From: an uncultured Verrucomicrobiae bacterium
Lineage (GTDB): Bacteria; Verrucomicrobiota; Verrucomicrobiia; Chthoniobacterales; UBA10450
Assembly: GCA_963735805.1 (NCBI GenBank)
Contig: CAVTMK010000002.1
Span: 1,440,001 to 1,504,000 of the forward strand
Direction: 5' to 3'
DNA: 64,000 nucleotides
The notes under the pieces are model-generated. The model worked only from the letters and a program-made list of their open reading frames with translations, was not told where the DNA came from and searched no databases. Below are positions 30,057 through 40,803 of this stretch, piece after piece. The position numbers and the translations under genes are program-made. The first letter of the stretch is position 1; every line of letters starts with the position of its first letter.

Positions 30057-31013
30057 ATGACGAATGACGAAATATCGTCGAAGTATGTCCGACGTTTTCG
30101 TATCGGCTTGGCTCTTCTCGTCATCATCCCGTCTTCGACCTTCGGTTCGATCAAAGAAGATCGATCACCGCAGCTAGGTGGATACAAAGTGGTCCGAGTT
30201 CACTACAGTCCTCTGAATAAAATGATAATGCCCGTTCAGATCAACGGGCAACCTGCAAACCTCCTCGTTGATACCGGAGCGAGCTATATGATGCTAGATA
30301 TGGGCGACGCCGCGTCATTTGGTATAAAGCCATCGCAACGCGGTTTGCGGTACATCCGGTTTAGCGAAATTAATGGCCAGGAACTCCCCTTGGGCTTCGC
30401 CCAGAATCTTACAGCTGGCAGCATGAGTTTTGGTAGTATTCTCGTTACCCTGCATAACTCTGGTTATTCGGGTACGGGAGGCGGTCACGTTAGCGGTCTC
30501 CTTGGCCTCGACATTCTCGGTCGCTACAAAACCGTGATCAATTGCCGAACGAAACTTGTTTTCTTTAAGGTCGATCAAACGCGGCAAATCCACCTCAGTT
30601 CCGTGGCTTCAGCCGAAAAATTCGCGAGAATCCCGTTGCGGCGGGAGGACAACGGCGCGCTAACCGTGGCTTGTTCGCTCCGCGGCCAATCTGTCCGGCT
30701 GCTCGTCGATACTGGCGCATTTATTACAACTTTCGACGAAGCTTTTCTGAAGCCGCTTGGAATTCCACTGGAGGCAACACGGGTATCCGCGCAATTCGCC
30801 CGCGGTGCAACGCGAAAAGTGAGTGCGGGAAAAATCAACGATCTCAAGATTGGTGATTTCAAAGTCCGACCAGCGAAATTTGGCGCTACGGCATTGGGCA
30901 ACTTTGCGCTGCCGAAAGGCGACAAGCGAATCAACGGTATCCTGGGTATCGATACATTGTACGCCTATCATGCCATCATCGATCTCGACGGCATGAATCT
31001 GTTTTTGAAATAG
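30057..31013 (+). CDS. Twin-domain retropepsin-like aspartic protease
   Basis: LLVDTGA twice, each followed by G(L/I)LG(L/I)D. Confidence 0.85.
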   Translation: MTNDEISSKYVRRFRIGLALLVIIPSSTFGSIKEDRSPQLGGYKVVRVHYSPLNKMIMPVQINGQPANLLVDTGASYMMLDMGDAASFGIKPSQRGLRYIRFSEINGQELPLGFAQNLTAGSMSFGSILVTLHNSGYSGTGGGHVSGLLGLDILGRYKTVINCRTKLVFFKVDQTRQIHLSSVASAEKFARIPLRREDNGALTVACSLRGQSVRLLVDTGAFITTFDEAFLKPLGIPLEATRVSAQFARGATRKVSAGKINDLKIGDFKVRPAKFGATALGNFALPKGDKRINGILGIDTLYAYHAIIDLDGMNLFLK

Positions 31014-31126
31014 CCGTGGAGGAACGATACTGCCGCGGCTTGGCTCATCGCGCGACGCCCTGCGATGGAATGTTTACCTAAAGTTTTTGCTTTCGTAAAT
31101 CGTCGGACACTGTTCTTTGTTCGCCC

Positions 31127-32728
31127 ATGACTGCAGTGGAAGATCGGCGGGGAAGCACGCGCGCGGCGGGAATCGTGGGCCTAGCGATTCTCTCCAGCCG
31201 GATACTCGGGTTGATCCGCGAAATGATATTTGCCGGCCTCTTCGGCGCGGGCCGAAATCTCGACGCGTTTCTGATGGCGTTTCGGTTGCCGAATCTGCTG
31301 CGCGACTTGTTTGCCGAGGGCGCGCTATCGACAGCGTTCATTACGACCTTTGCAAAAAAGATCGCGGTCGATGGCGATGAATCGGCGTGGCGACTCGCAA
31401 ACAAAGTTGCGACGCTCACGGCCATTTTCATGAGCGTGGTGACGTTGCTCGGAATCATTTTTGCGCCGCAGCTTGTCGATCTTTTAACGTGGGGAAGCTG
31501 GTCCCCGGACAAGACCGCGCTGACGATTTTACTCACACGCATCATGTGGCCCTTCATGTTGCTGGTGTCGCTTGCCGCGTTGGTGATGGGCATCCTCAAT
31601 GCGAAACATGTCTTTGGGCCGCCAGCGATGGCGTCGAGTTATTTCAATCTCGGTTCGATCATTGGCGGCCTCGCGATTGGCTGGTGGCTTGATCCGCATT
31701 TCGGCGCCCGATCGCTCGTGGGATTGGCAATTGGGACGCTGATCGGTGGCGCCTGGCAATTGTCGGGACAATTTCCATCTCTGTGGCGTGTTGGCTACAG
31801 ATACCGCCCTGATTTTCACTGGCGCGATGAAGGGGTTCGCGCGGTGCTCACGCTAATGGGACCCGCTGTGATTGCTGCGAGTGCTGTGCAGGTAAACGTA
31901 CTCATTAACAGCGGATTTGCGGCGAGCCTCGGCAACGGGCCAGTCAGTTGGTTAAACATTGCATTTCGCCTGATGCAGTTGCCGCTGGGAATTTTCGGCG
32001 TGGCGATTGGAACAGTTACTTTGCCGCTGGTATCGAAAAGCGCGGCCGTTGGAAACATGGACGAGTTCCGGGCGATTCTCGCTCGCGGGATCAGGCTTGC
32101 ATTTTTACTTACTATTCCATCAGCGATTGGGTTGGCGATGTTTGCCTCGCCCATCATCAGCGTGATCTATCAGCACGGACGGTTTAACGCGGAAATGACG
32201 CGCGAAACCGCCGGCGCATTGGAATTTTACGCTGTCGGACTCGTTTCGTATGCAGTTCTCAAGGTGTTAACGCCTGCGTTTTATGCGATCGGCAAACGTA
32301 CTACTCCAATGCTCATCAGTTTCCTTGCGATCGCCTCGAACCTTTTTCTGAACTGGCTTTTTACATTTCGACTTGGCTGGGGGCACCGTGGTCTGGCTTT
32401 TTCGACCAGCCTCGTTGCGACGATCAATTTCCTGTTGCTTTACGCATTGATGCGGCGCCATGTGCGGCGACTGGAAACGCGGCAGCTCCTAATCGGCCTT
32501 GGCAAAATGTGTTTTGCCGGTGCAGTTTTGGCATTAGTTTGCTGGGCGGCAAACTACTGGTGGCTCGATGCCTGGGCCCAGCTGCGCTTCTTCCCGAAAT
32601 TATGTTCGCTGGTCATTGCGATCGCTTTCGGCGCTGCAGCATTCTTTGGTTGCGCTTTTTTGCTGCGAGTGACCGAGGTGCAGGACATCGTCGATATTTT
32701 TCGGAGCAGATTGCGCCGCGCCTTGTAA
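31127..32728 (+). CDS. murJ: Lipid II flippase
   Basis: SRILGLIRE, AFRLPNLLRDLFAEGA, RLMQLPLGIFG. Confidence 0.96.
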   Translation: MTAVEDRRGSTRAAGIVGLAILSSRILGLIREMIFAGLFGAGRNLDAFLMAFRLPNLLRDLFAEGALSTAFITTFAKKIAVDGDESAWRLANKVATLTAIFMSVVTLLGIIFAPQLVDLLTWGSWSPDKTALTILLTRIMWPFMLLVSLAALVMGILNAKHVFGPPAMASSYFNLGSIIGGLAIGWWLDPHFGARSLVGLAIGTLIGGAWQLSGQFPSLWRVGYRYRPDFHWRDEGVRAVLTLMGPAVIAASAVQVNVLINSGFAASLGNGPVSWLNIAFRLMQLPLGIFGVAIGTVTLPLVSKSAAVGNMDEFRAILARGIRLAFLLTIPSAIGLAMFASPIISVIYQHGRFNAEMTRETAGALEFYAVGLVSYAVLKVLTPAFYAIGKRTTPMLISFLAIASNLFLNWLFTFRLGWGHRGLAFSTSLVATINFLLLYALMRRHVRRLETRQLLIGLGKMCFAGAVLALVCWAANYWWLDAWAQLRFFPKLCSLVIAIAFGAAAFFGCAFLLRVTEVQDIVDIFRSRLRRAL

Positions 32729-32779
32729 AACGCGTGTGTGTCACACGCCAAGCCATGCGATGACATCCGGCTCCTGCAA

Positions 32780-33895
32780 TTATCCCATCGCCTGATCAAG
32801 ATCTTCGATCAAGTCATCGGCATTCTCCAGACCGATCGACAATCGCAAGAGTCCTTCGGGCGAAGTGGTTCCTGTTCCTTCGATCGATGCTCGGTGTTCA
32901 ATCAGGCTTTCCACGCCGCCGAGACTGGTCGCACGCGTAAAGATTTTTGTCTTGGCAGCGAGTGACATTGCTGCGTCACGTCCGTCCTTAACCTCGAAAG
33001 AGAGCATACCGCCGAACATCGACATCTGCGTTGCCGCAATCTCATGCCCGGGATGCGACGCTAATCCGGGATAGTAGACACGCGAAACTTTTGAATGTCG
33101 GACAAGGAAATCCGCGACTTTCGTAGCGTTTTCGGAATGCGCGCGCATCCGCCACGGCAACGTGCGCATCCCGCGCAGGATCAGCCAGCAATCAAAAGGC
33201 GAGGGGACCGCTCCACCCTCGTATTGAATACCTCGGATACGCTGGAAAAAATCGTCTTCCACCTTGGAAACAACAATTCCTCCGAGAACGTCACAATGAC
33301 CCCCAAAATATTTTGTTGTGGAATGCAGGACCAGATCAGCCCCGAGATCGAACGGCCGCTGCAGCGTTGGCGCCCAAGTATTATCACAAACGCAAATCGC
33401 ACCCGTTTCATGGGCAATCTGTGCAACAGCGGCGAGATCGACAATTTTTAACAACGGATTGGATGGAGTTTCCATCCAGGCCAGCTTTGTTTGCGGGCGC
33501 AGCTCCTTCTCAACTGCGCCAAGATCACTCATATCGACAAACGTGATGTCGAGTCCCCAGCGTTGGAAGATTTCGCGAAGTAGTCGCGACGTTCCGTAAT
33601 ACGCGTCCACGTGCGCGAGGACGTGATCGCCCGGCGCCAGCGCTTGAAAGATGGACATGCTTGCTCCCGTCCCGGACGCGAAAGCTGCTGCCGCGGCTCC
33701 GCCTTCCAGGGCGCTGATCCCCTGTTCGAGCGCTTGACGGTTCGGGTTGTTATTGCGGGTGTACATAAACCCGCGCGAGTATGTGCCCTCGGTATCGCGT
33801 TCGAACGTAGTTGAAAGATGAATTGGCGACGAAACCGCGCCAGTCGCCGGATCAATTGTGTGGCCTGCGTGGACAGCTAAAGTCTCGATTTTCAT
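32780..33895 (-). CDS. Cystathionine gamma-synthase/lyase family PLP enzyme
   Basis: YTRNNNP, ETPSNP, HSTTKYFGGHCD, SLGGVESL, RLSIGLE. Confidence 0.93.
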   Translation of the reverse strand: MKIETLAVHAGHTIDPATGAVSSPIHLSTTFERDTEGTYSRGFMYTRNNNPNRQALEQGISALEGGAAAAAFASGTGASMSIFQALAPGDHVLAHVDAYYGTSRLLREIFQRWGLDITFVDMSDLGAVEKELRPQTKLAWMETPSNPLLKIVDLAAVAQIAHETGAICVCDNTWAPTLQRPFDLGADLVLHSTTKYFGGHCDVLGGIVVSKVEDDFFQRIRGIQYEGGAVPSPFDCWLILRGMRTLPWRMRAHSENATKVADFLVRHSKVSRVYYPGLASHPGHEIAATQMSMFGGMLSFEVKDGRDAAMSLAAKTKIFTRATSLGGVESLIEHRASIEGTGTTSPEGLLRLSIGLENADDLIEDLDQAMG

Positions 33896-34117
33896 TGTGA
33901 TTGATTTTTCGAACGGACGCTACGGGTTGCAAATGCGGTTGTCGATTTTATGCTGTTAAGACTTTTCGAGGTTGACTCGTGAATGCTCCCCCGCCGGATG
34001 GGACGAGTTCGGGTCGCTGTGGCGACCGGACTTTCGGGGTTGACGGCTTCATTTGCCAAGCGCAAATAAGCAACCTGCATTTGGCGACCGACTTGGGTCC
34101 ATCCTGCATTTTATTTC

Positions 34118-35380
34118 ATGAGTATTTATAACGACGACGTGTTTCAAATGGCGTGTGACCAATTCCAGGTCATCGCCGATTACCTCAGCATCGATAAGAA
34201 CGATCGCGAGCGACTCATGTTCCCAAAACGTGCCATTGCCGTGACCCTGCCGGTGCACATGGATGATGGCAGTACCAGAACTTTTCAGGGTTACCGGGTG
34301 CAGCATCATTTGACTCTCGGCCCGACAAAAGGCGGGACTCGCTTCGCTCCATCGTTGTCAATGGGCGAAACTGCAGCGCTGGCGATGTGGATGAGCTGGA
34401 AATGTGCGCTATCGAATTTGCCGTACGGTGGAGCAAAAGGCGGGGTCGCGGTAGATCCTGAGAAATTGTCGCGCACTGAATTGGAGGCGGTTTCGCGCCG
34501 TTACATGCAGGAGATGATTCCGTTTGTCGGGCCTCATACGGATATCATGGGCCCTGACATGGGCACGAACGAACAAGTCATGGCTTGGTTCATGGACACT
34601 TATTCAGTTCATCAAGGTTATTCCGTCAGTGAAATCGTCACCGGAAAACCAGTCGCTATTGGCGGAACGGAGGGCCGGCGTGAAGCAACCGGACGCGGTG
34701 TCGTTTACCTGATTGAGCGTGCGTTGAACATGCTCAAAATGGATCCCGAAAAATGCACGGCCATCGTACAGGGATTCGGCAACGTAGGCTCAGTGGCAGC
34801 TCTCTCGCTCGCCTACAAGAGCGGTGTCAAAGTAATTGGGATTAGCGACGCGCATGCGGCGATCTACAACCCCAAAGGGATAGATGTTAAAGCCGCCGAA
34901 CAGCACGTTTTTAAGAAGGGGACGTTGCGGGCGTTTGCCCAGGACGATCATATCGACCCCAACGCACTTCTGACTCAGCCGTGCGACATTCTCGTACCGG
35001 CGGCAGTGGATCGCGTAATTAATGGAAAGAACGTTGGCGATCTTAAATGCCGAATCCTCGCCGAGGCTGCCAATGGCCCGACTACTCCCGAGGCCGATCT
35101 CATTTTGGAAAAACGCTGGGACGAAGTCTTTGTGATCCCGGACATTTTGTGTAACGCGGGGGGCGTAATTGTTTCCTACTTCGAATGGGTGCAGGGCCTC
35201 CAATCCTATCTCTGGACTGAAATTGAGGTGACGGACAAACTTTTCCGAATTCTGGAGCATTCATTTGCTCAGGTGATCAAACGAGCGAAAGCGCATAAGA
35301 TTTCTCATCGCACCGCAGCCATGGCCATTGGCGTTGAGCGCGTACTCAAAGCTAAAAAGGTGCGCGGCCTCTTTCCGTGA
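34118..35380 (+). CDS. Glu/Leu/Phe/Val dehydrogenase (GDH, NAD/dual-type clade)
   Basis: GYRVQH, GPTKGG, PYGGAKGG, PDMGT, QGFGNVG, NAGGVIVSYFEW. Confidence 0.93.
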   Translation: MSIYNDDVFQMACDQFQVIADYLSIDKNDRERLMFPKRAIAVTLPVHMDDGSTRTFQGYRVQHHLTLGPTKGGTRFAPSLSMGETAALAMWMSWKCALSNLPYGGAKGGVAVDPEKLSRTELEAVSRRYMQEMIPFVGPHTDIMGPDMGTNEQVMAWFMDTYSVHQGYSVSEIVTGKPVAIGGTEGRREATGRGVVYLIERALNMLKMDPEKCTAIVQGFGNVGSVAALSLAYKSGVKVIGISDAHAAIYNPKGIDVKAAEQHVFKKGTLRAFAQDDHIDPNALLTQPCDILVPAAVDRVINGKNVGDLKCRILAEAANGPTTPEADLILEKRWDEVFVIPDILCNAGGVIVSYFEWVQGLQSYLWTEIEVTDKLFRILEHSFAQVIKRAKAHKISHRTAAMAIGVERVLKAKKVRGLFP

Positions 35381-35416
35381 GTCGCGAAGGAGGTTCCTGT
35401 TAAGTGCCAGGTGATC

Positions 35417-35516
35417 CGCCTTTCCCTTTCGCGAAGGGAAAAGGATTGAGGTGAGGGGATTGACGCGTCCATGCTCGATACGATTCAACTCTCACCCTTG
35501 TGAAGAGAGAGGCGAC
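35417..35516. repeat. REP-like element of the CCCTCTCC/GGTGAGGG type
   Basis: Hairpin CCTTTCCCTT-tcgcg-AAGGGAAAAGG, then GAGGTGAGGGG ... CTCTCACCC ... GAGAGGCG. Confidence 0.6.
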
Positions 35517-35536
35517 AGCCGGGCCTAGGAAGCACA

Positions 35537-36484
35537 ATGAAATTTTCGCACACAGAAGACAAGCGGGAGGGACAACACCTCGACGTTTTGACCGATGAGG
35601 AGAACGGCTTGCGGATCGTGGTTTCCCGTCTGGGAGCGGAATTGGTCAGCGTAGCGCGGATGAATGAGGAGGGCGACTGGGTTGGATTTCTTTACCGCGA
35701 CAACAACGTCGCAACGCCCCCACGAGGCTGGGCGAACCATGCGACAGTAATGGGTTACTATATTCACCGACTCAAAGACGGACACAGTTTGTACCGCGGC
35801 CACGAAATCAAAGGCGGCAACCATGGTTTTCTCCGCTCGAAAACGTGGCATTTCGCAGGACATTCCATTCAGGGAACCGGCGCTTCATTGGAATATCGCA
35901 TCGCGCCCAGTGATTTTTCAGTCGAAGAATATCCACTGAAAGTCGGTGTGAACCTGACCTACCAGATCGAAGCGAACAGAGTGGGTACATTTTTCGAGTT
36001 CCGAAACGAGGAGCCTGAACTGACTGCGCATGTTTCTTTCGGGTTACATCCTGGATTCGCTGCCACGTCGTTTGAAACCTTTCATCTTCAAATGCCCAGA
36101 GGTCTTTATCGCCGTTACTTTTCGCCGGGGAATTATCTTTCGGGACAAACACGTGATATCGAGTTTGCCGGAGGCGAGATGCCGTTTCCAAGAACAGAAC
36201 TGCCCGGTTCGATCATTTTGGAACTTCTCGATGTTCCAAGACGTCGATTTTCCTATGTCGATCCGCCCAGCGGTCGATGGGTAATCCTCGATCTAACCGG
36301 TGTGCCTTATCTCACCTTGTGGTCCGATGGCGGGCCATTCCTTTGCATCGAACCTTGCTGGGGCCTCACGGATCATCACGAACAGCGCCCTTTCGAGAAA
36401 AAGGAAGGAATTCAAATAATTGCCCCGGGCGGCGTGTTGCCCGCATCATTCAGCATGGCCCCGGAACTTGCCTCGTGCGATTAG
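35537..36484 (+). CDS. Aldose 1-epimerase family protein (LacX-like)
   Basis: GAELVS, HGFLR, FGLHPGF, FLCIEPCWG. Confidence 0.85.
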   Translation: MKFSHTEDKREGQHLDVLTDEENGLRIVVSRLGAELVSVARMNEEGDWVGFLYRDNNVATPPRGWANHATVMGYYIHRLKDGHSLYRGHEIKGGNHGFLRSKTWHFAGHSIQGTGASLEYRIAPSDFSVEEYPLKVGVNLTYQIEANRVGTFFEFRNEEPELTAHVSFGLHPGFAATSFETFHLQMPRGLYRRYFSPGNYLSGQTRDIEFAGGEMPFPRTELPGSIILELLDVPRRRFSYVDPPSGRWVILDLTGVPYLTLWSDGGPFLCIEPCWGLTDHHEQRPFEKKEGIQIIAPGGVLPASFSMAPELASCD

Positions 36485-36498
36485 CCTGCTAACCGAAC

Positions 36499-37422
36499 AT
36501 GCCACTCATGCCATCCGATTCGCTTCGCACCTTGCTTGCACATTCAATCGATTATGCGGGAATGTTTCCGCCCTGCAGTCTAGGCCTAGACCAGGCGCTT
36601 GGAAATCAGGCTGAATATGTGCGCTCTCCGGACGCGTGGATGCTTGGTGCGTTTGTCCTGTCCACTGCACAATTCGATGCGATCAGGCAACTCCTTGCCC
36701 AATTTGATGCGCAACACCCATTGCGCGTTGCTGCGCTTGGACCGAAGACTGCGAGCACAAACGCTTTTCTTGACGGGCTCGAAGACGCGGATGCGGCCAT
36801 TCTCTCGTTATCGAGGCACAACGTTGACTTGGTATCAATCACTCACCTTGAAATGTTTCTGCCGCATGAGGTCGACCTCGCATCGCTGAAGGACGCGAAG
36901 TCAATCCTTGGTGACCTACCAGTTTTCTGGGAAGCGCCACCGGACACGGCTGAACGAACGATCGCTTTGCTCGCTGAGATTAATTCCGATGCGGACGTGG
37001 CAACTTTTGGTTACAAACTCCGCACGGGTGGAGTAACAGCAGATGCATTTCCAACTTCGATGCAGATCGCCAGGGCACTCGTGACTCCGGCTACGCATCA
37101 ACTACCGATCAAGTTCACCGCCGGTCTGCATCACCCGCTTCGACAATATCGAGAAGAAGTCCAGACAAAGATGCATGGGTTCCTGAATGTGCTGGGTGCC
37201 GCGGTGCTGGCTGCGGAGCATCAATGGAATGCAAATCAAACCGCGATCATGCTGGAAGATGAAAATGTGGATTCGTTTTCGTTCACCGACGATTTTTTTT
37301 CGTGGCGGGAATGGCGAATCGACAGTAAACGCCTGCAATACCGCCGCCGATTCGTTGTATCGTTCGGCAGCTGCAGCTTCAACGACCCGCGCGACGATTT
37401 GCGAGCGTTAGATTTATTGTAG
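36499..37422 (+). CDS. Conserved hypothetical protein upstream of fahA
   Basis: IDYAGMFPP, YKLRTGG, KFTAGLHHP, HGFLNV, SFGSCSF motifs; operon spacing. Confidence 0.8.
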   Translation: MPLMPSDSLRTLLAHSIDYAGMFPPCSLGLDQALGNQAEYVRSPDAWMLGAFVLSTAQFDAIRQLLAQFDAQHPLRVAALGPKTASTNAFLDGLEDADAAILSLSRHNVDLVSITHLEMFLPHEVDLASLKDAKSILGDLPVFWEAPPDTAERTIALLAEINSDADVATFGYKLRTGGVTADAFPTSMQIARALVTPATHQLPIKFTAGLHHPLRQYREEVQTKMHGFLNVLGAAVLAAEHQWNANQTAIMLEDENVDSFSFTDDFFSWREWRIDSKRLQYRRRFVVSFGSCSFNDPRDDLRALDLL

Positions 37423-37473
37423 CGAGGTCTGTGTCAGACGCCACAGGTTGGCGTTTCACAGAAACGCCCTACA
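37418..37473. repeat. GTAG-type REP inverted doublet overlapping a TAG stop
   Basis: TGTAGcgag-GTCTG-tgt-CAGAC ... GGCGTTTC-aca-GAAACGCC-CTACA. Confidence 0.7.
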
Positions 37474-37482
37474 ATTCCACGG

Positions 37483-38766
37483 ATGTCACTCCAATCGTTT
37501 ATCGACGTTTCGCCTGATTCGTATTTTCCCATTCAGAATCTTCCCTTTGGGATCTTTCAGCCGAAAGGAGGTAAACCGCGCGCTGGAGTCGCCATTGGCG
37601 ATTTGATCGTGGATCTTTCTGTCCTGGAGGAACTCGGCCATTTCCGCTCACCGGAATTTCGAGGCCGAAAACTATTTTCAGAAGATTCGCTTAATGCGTT
37701 TCTCGCGCTTGGTCGTCCGGCATGGCGCAAGACGCGCGCGGTCCTTCAACGTCTTCTGTCTTCCAAAACGCCGATCCTGCGTGATAACGCGAGACTACGG
37801 GCACGTGTCTTTCATGCGCAAAAGAGTGTCACGATGAAATTACCAGTGCGCATCGCGAATTACACCGATTTCTATTCGTCCTATCACCATGCGCACAATG
37901 TAGGCACGATGCTGCGCGGACCGGAAAACGCGCTGATGCCAAATTGGAAATGGCTGCCCGTGGCCTATCATGGACGCGCCAGCTCGGTTGTGATCAGCGG
38001 TACTGATGTGCGGAGGCCACAAGGCCAAATCAAACCGCCCGATGCTTCGGCGCCAATCTTCGGTCCGACAAAAAGCCTCGATTACGAATTGGAGATGGCG
38101 TTTCTGATCGGCCCCGGGAATTCGTTGGGCGACCCAGTGCCGATCGATCGGGCGACCGATCATATCTTTGGACTGGTTTTAATGAACGATTGGAGCGCGC
38201 GCGACATTCAGGCGTGGGAGTACCAACCACTCGGCCCGTTCCTGGCGAAGAATTTTTGCACCAGTATTTCACCTTGGGTGGTGACCCTGGAAGCACTTGA
38301 GCCTTTCCGACGTCCGCTCCCGACACAGGATCCGAAGCCGATGCCGTACTTGCGAGCCAAGGATGATTTCATGTTCGACATTCAACTGGAAGCACGCTTG
38401 CAAACTTCATCAATGGCTGCGGCGCACGTCATCACGCGCTCAAATTTTCAAAATCTTTACTGGACCATCGCGCAGCAACTTGCTCATCACACGGTCAACG
38501 GCTGCAATTTGCAACCTGGCGATCTGCTGGCGAGCGGAACCATCAGCGGTCCGACTGAAGAATCACGAGGCTGCATGCTGGAGTTAACCTGGAGGGGCGC
38601 GAATCCTCTAAAGCTTCCAAACGGTGAAACCCGGAAATGGCTCGAAGACGCGGATACCCTCACAATTGCCGGATGGTGCCAGGGTGACGGTTACCGCGTT
38701 GGCTTCGGCGAAGTGAAGGGCCGCATCATGGGTGCGGCAGGAACAAAGGCTTTGCCTGCGAAGTGA
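37483..38766 (+). CDS. fahA: Fumarylacetoacetase
   Basis: FPIQNLPFG, YTDFYSS, AYHGRASS, LDYELE, NDWSARDIQAWEYQPLGPF, GDLLASGTISG. Confidence 0.97.
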   Translation: MSLQSFIDVSPDSYFPIQNLPFGIFQPKGGKPRAGVAIGDLIVDLSVLEELGHFRSPEFRGRKLFSEDSLNAFLALGRPAWRKTRAVLQRLLSSKTPILRDNARLRARVFHAQKSVTMKLPVRIANYTDFYSSYHHAHNVGTMLRGPENALMPNWKWLPVAYHGRASSVVISGTDVRRPQGQIKPPDASAPIFGPTKSLDYELEMAFLIGPGNSLGDPVPIDRATDHIFGLVLMNDWSARDIQAWEYQPLGPFLAKNFCTSISPWVVTLEALEPFRRPLPTQDPKPMPYLRAKDDFMFDIQLEARLQTSSMAAAHVITRSNFQNLYWTIAQQLAHHTVNGCNLQPGDLLASGTISGPTEESRGCMLELTWRGANPLKLPNGETRKWLEDADTLTIAGWCQGDGYRVGFGEVKGRIMGAAGTKALPAK

Positions 38767-38854
38767 TCAATTTGCGGCGCGACTTGAAACCGCCACGCGC
38801 TCAACATTCGGTCTCAGCGAAGTGCTGTTTGCTCAATCCTGGACTTAGCCAGCC

Positions 38855-39148
38855 CTAATAGCCTCTCACGACATAGTGGCCGTGGATCCACACTTGCTGA
38901 CCATGCCGCCATACCCAGTGGCCTGGCCTCCAGACATAATATGCGCCTCCGTACCAGTAACCTGGGCCGCGAGCATAGTACGGTCGGTCGCCAACGGCAA
39001 TCGTAACTGAGCCTGGAGAGCCATAATAAGGGGCTCCTCCATAGTAAGGTCCGTACCCCGGATAAGCAGAATAATAACCTTCGCACCCGCATGCAGTGAG
39101 GGCGGCGAAGACCAGAGCGAGCCTGAGAACAAACGGTTTCAAGTTCAT
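38855..39148 (-). CDS. Small Gly/Tyr-rich lipoprotein with WxxGxW repeats
   Basis: Lipobox-like LTAC; WRPGHW and WIHGHY. Confidence 0.7.
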   Translation of the reverse strand: MNLKPFVLRLALVFAALTACGCEGYYSAYPGYGPYYGGAPYYGSPGSVTIAVGDRPYYARGPGYWYGGAYYVWRPGHWVWRHGQQVWIHGHYVVRGY

Positions 39149-39284
39149 ACAATCATATTCGGTTTAGACAGAGTTTTACGCGCCTGTTTATCGCGGTGAA
39201 ATTAGAGAACCCATTTAGCATCAGCGGCCAATCGGTGTCATCAAAAATCGGATAAACAGAGGGGCCACTTCACGTGAATGGGAA

Positions 39285-40700
<1,416 letters not shown>

Positions 40701-40803
40701 TTACGAGTCCGGATGAACATAGCGCGGCTACGTTGGTAGACTCCCAAATCGACCCACAAGAAATCCGGAGCGCCGAGCTCCTCGGAATTAAAGTGATGAA
40801 ACG

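Noticed and set aside
33896..34117. Possible SAM riboswitch upstream of the cystathionine synthase/lyase gene
   Set aside because: A hairpin (GGTCGC-tgtg-GCGACC) and short duplications exist, but I could not find SAM-I/II consensus elements on the minus strand; needs an Infernal/Rfam scan.
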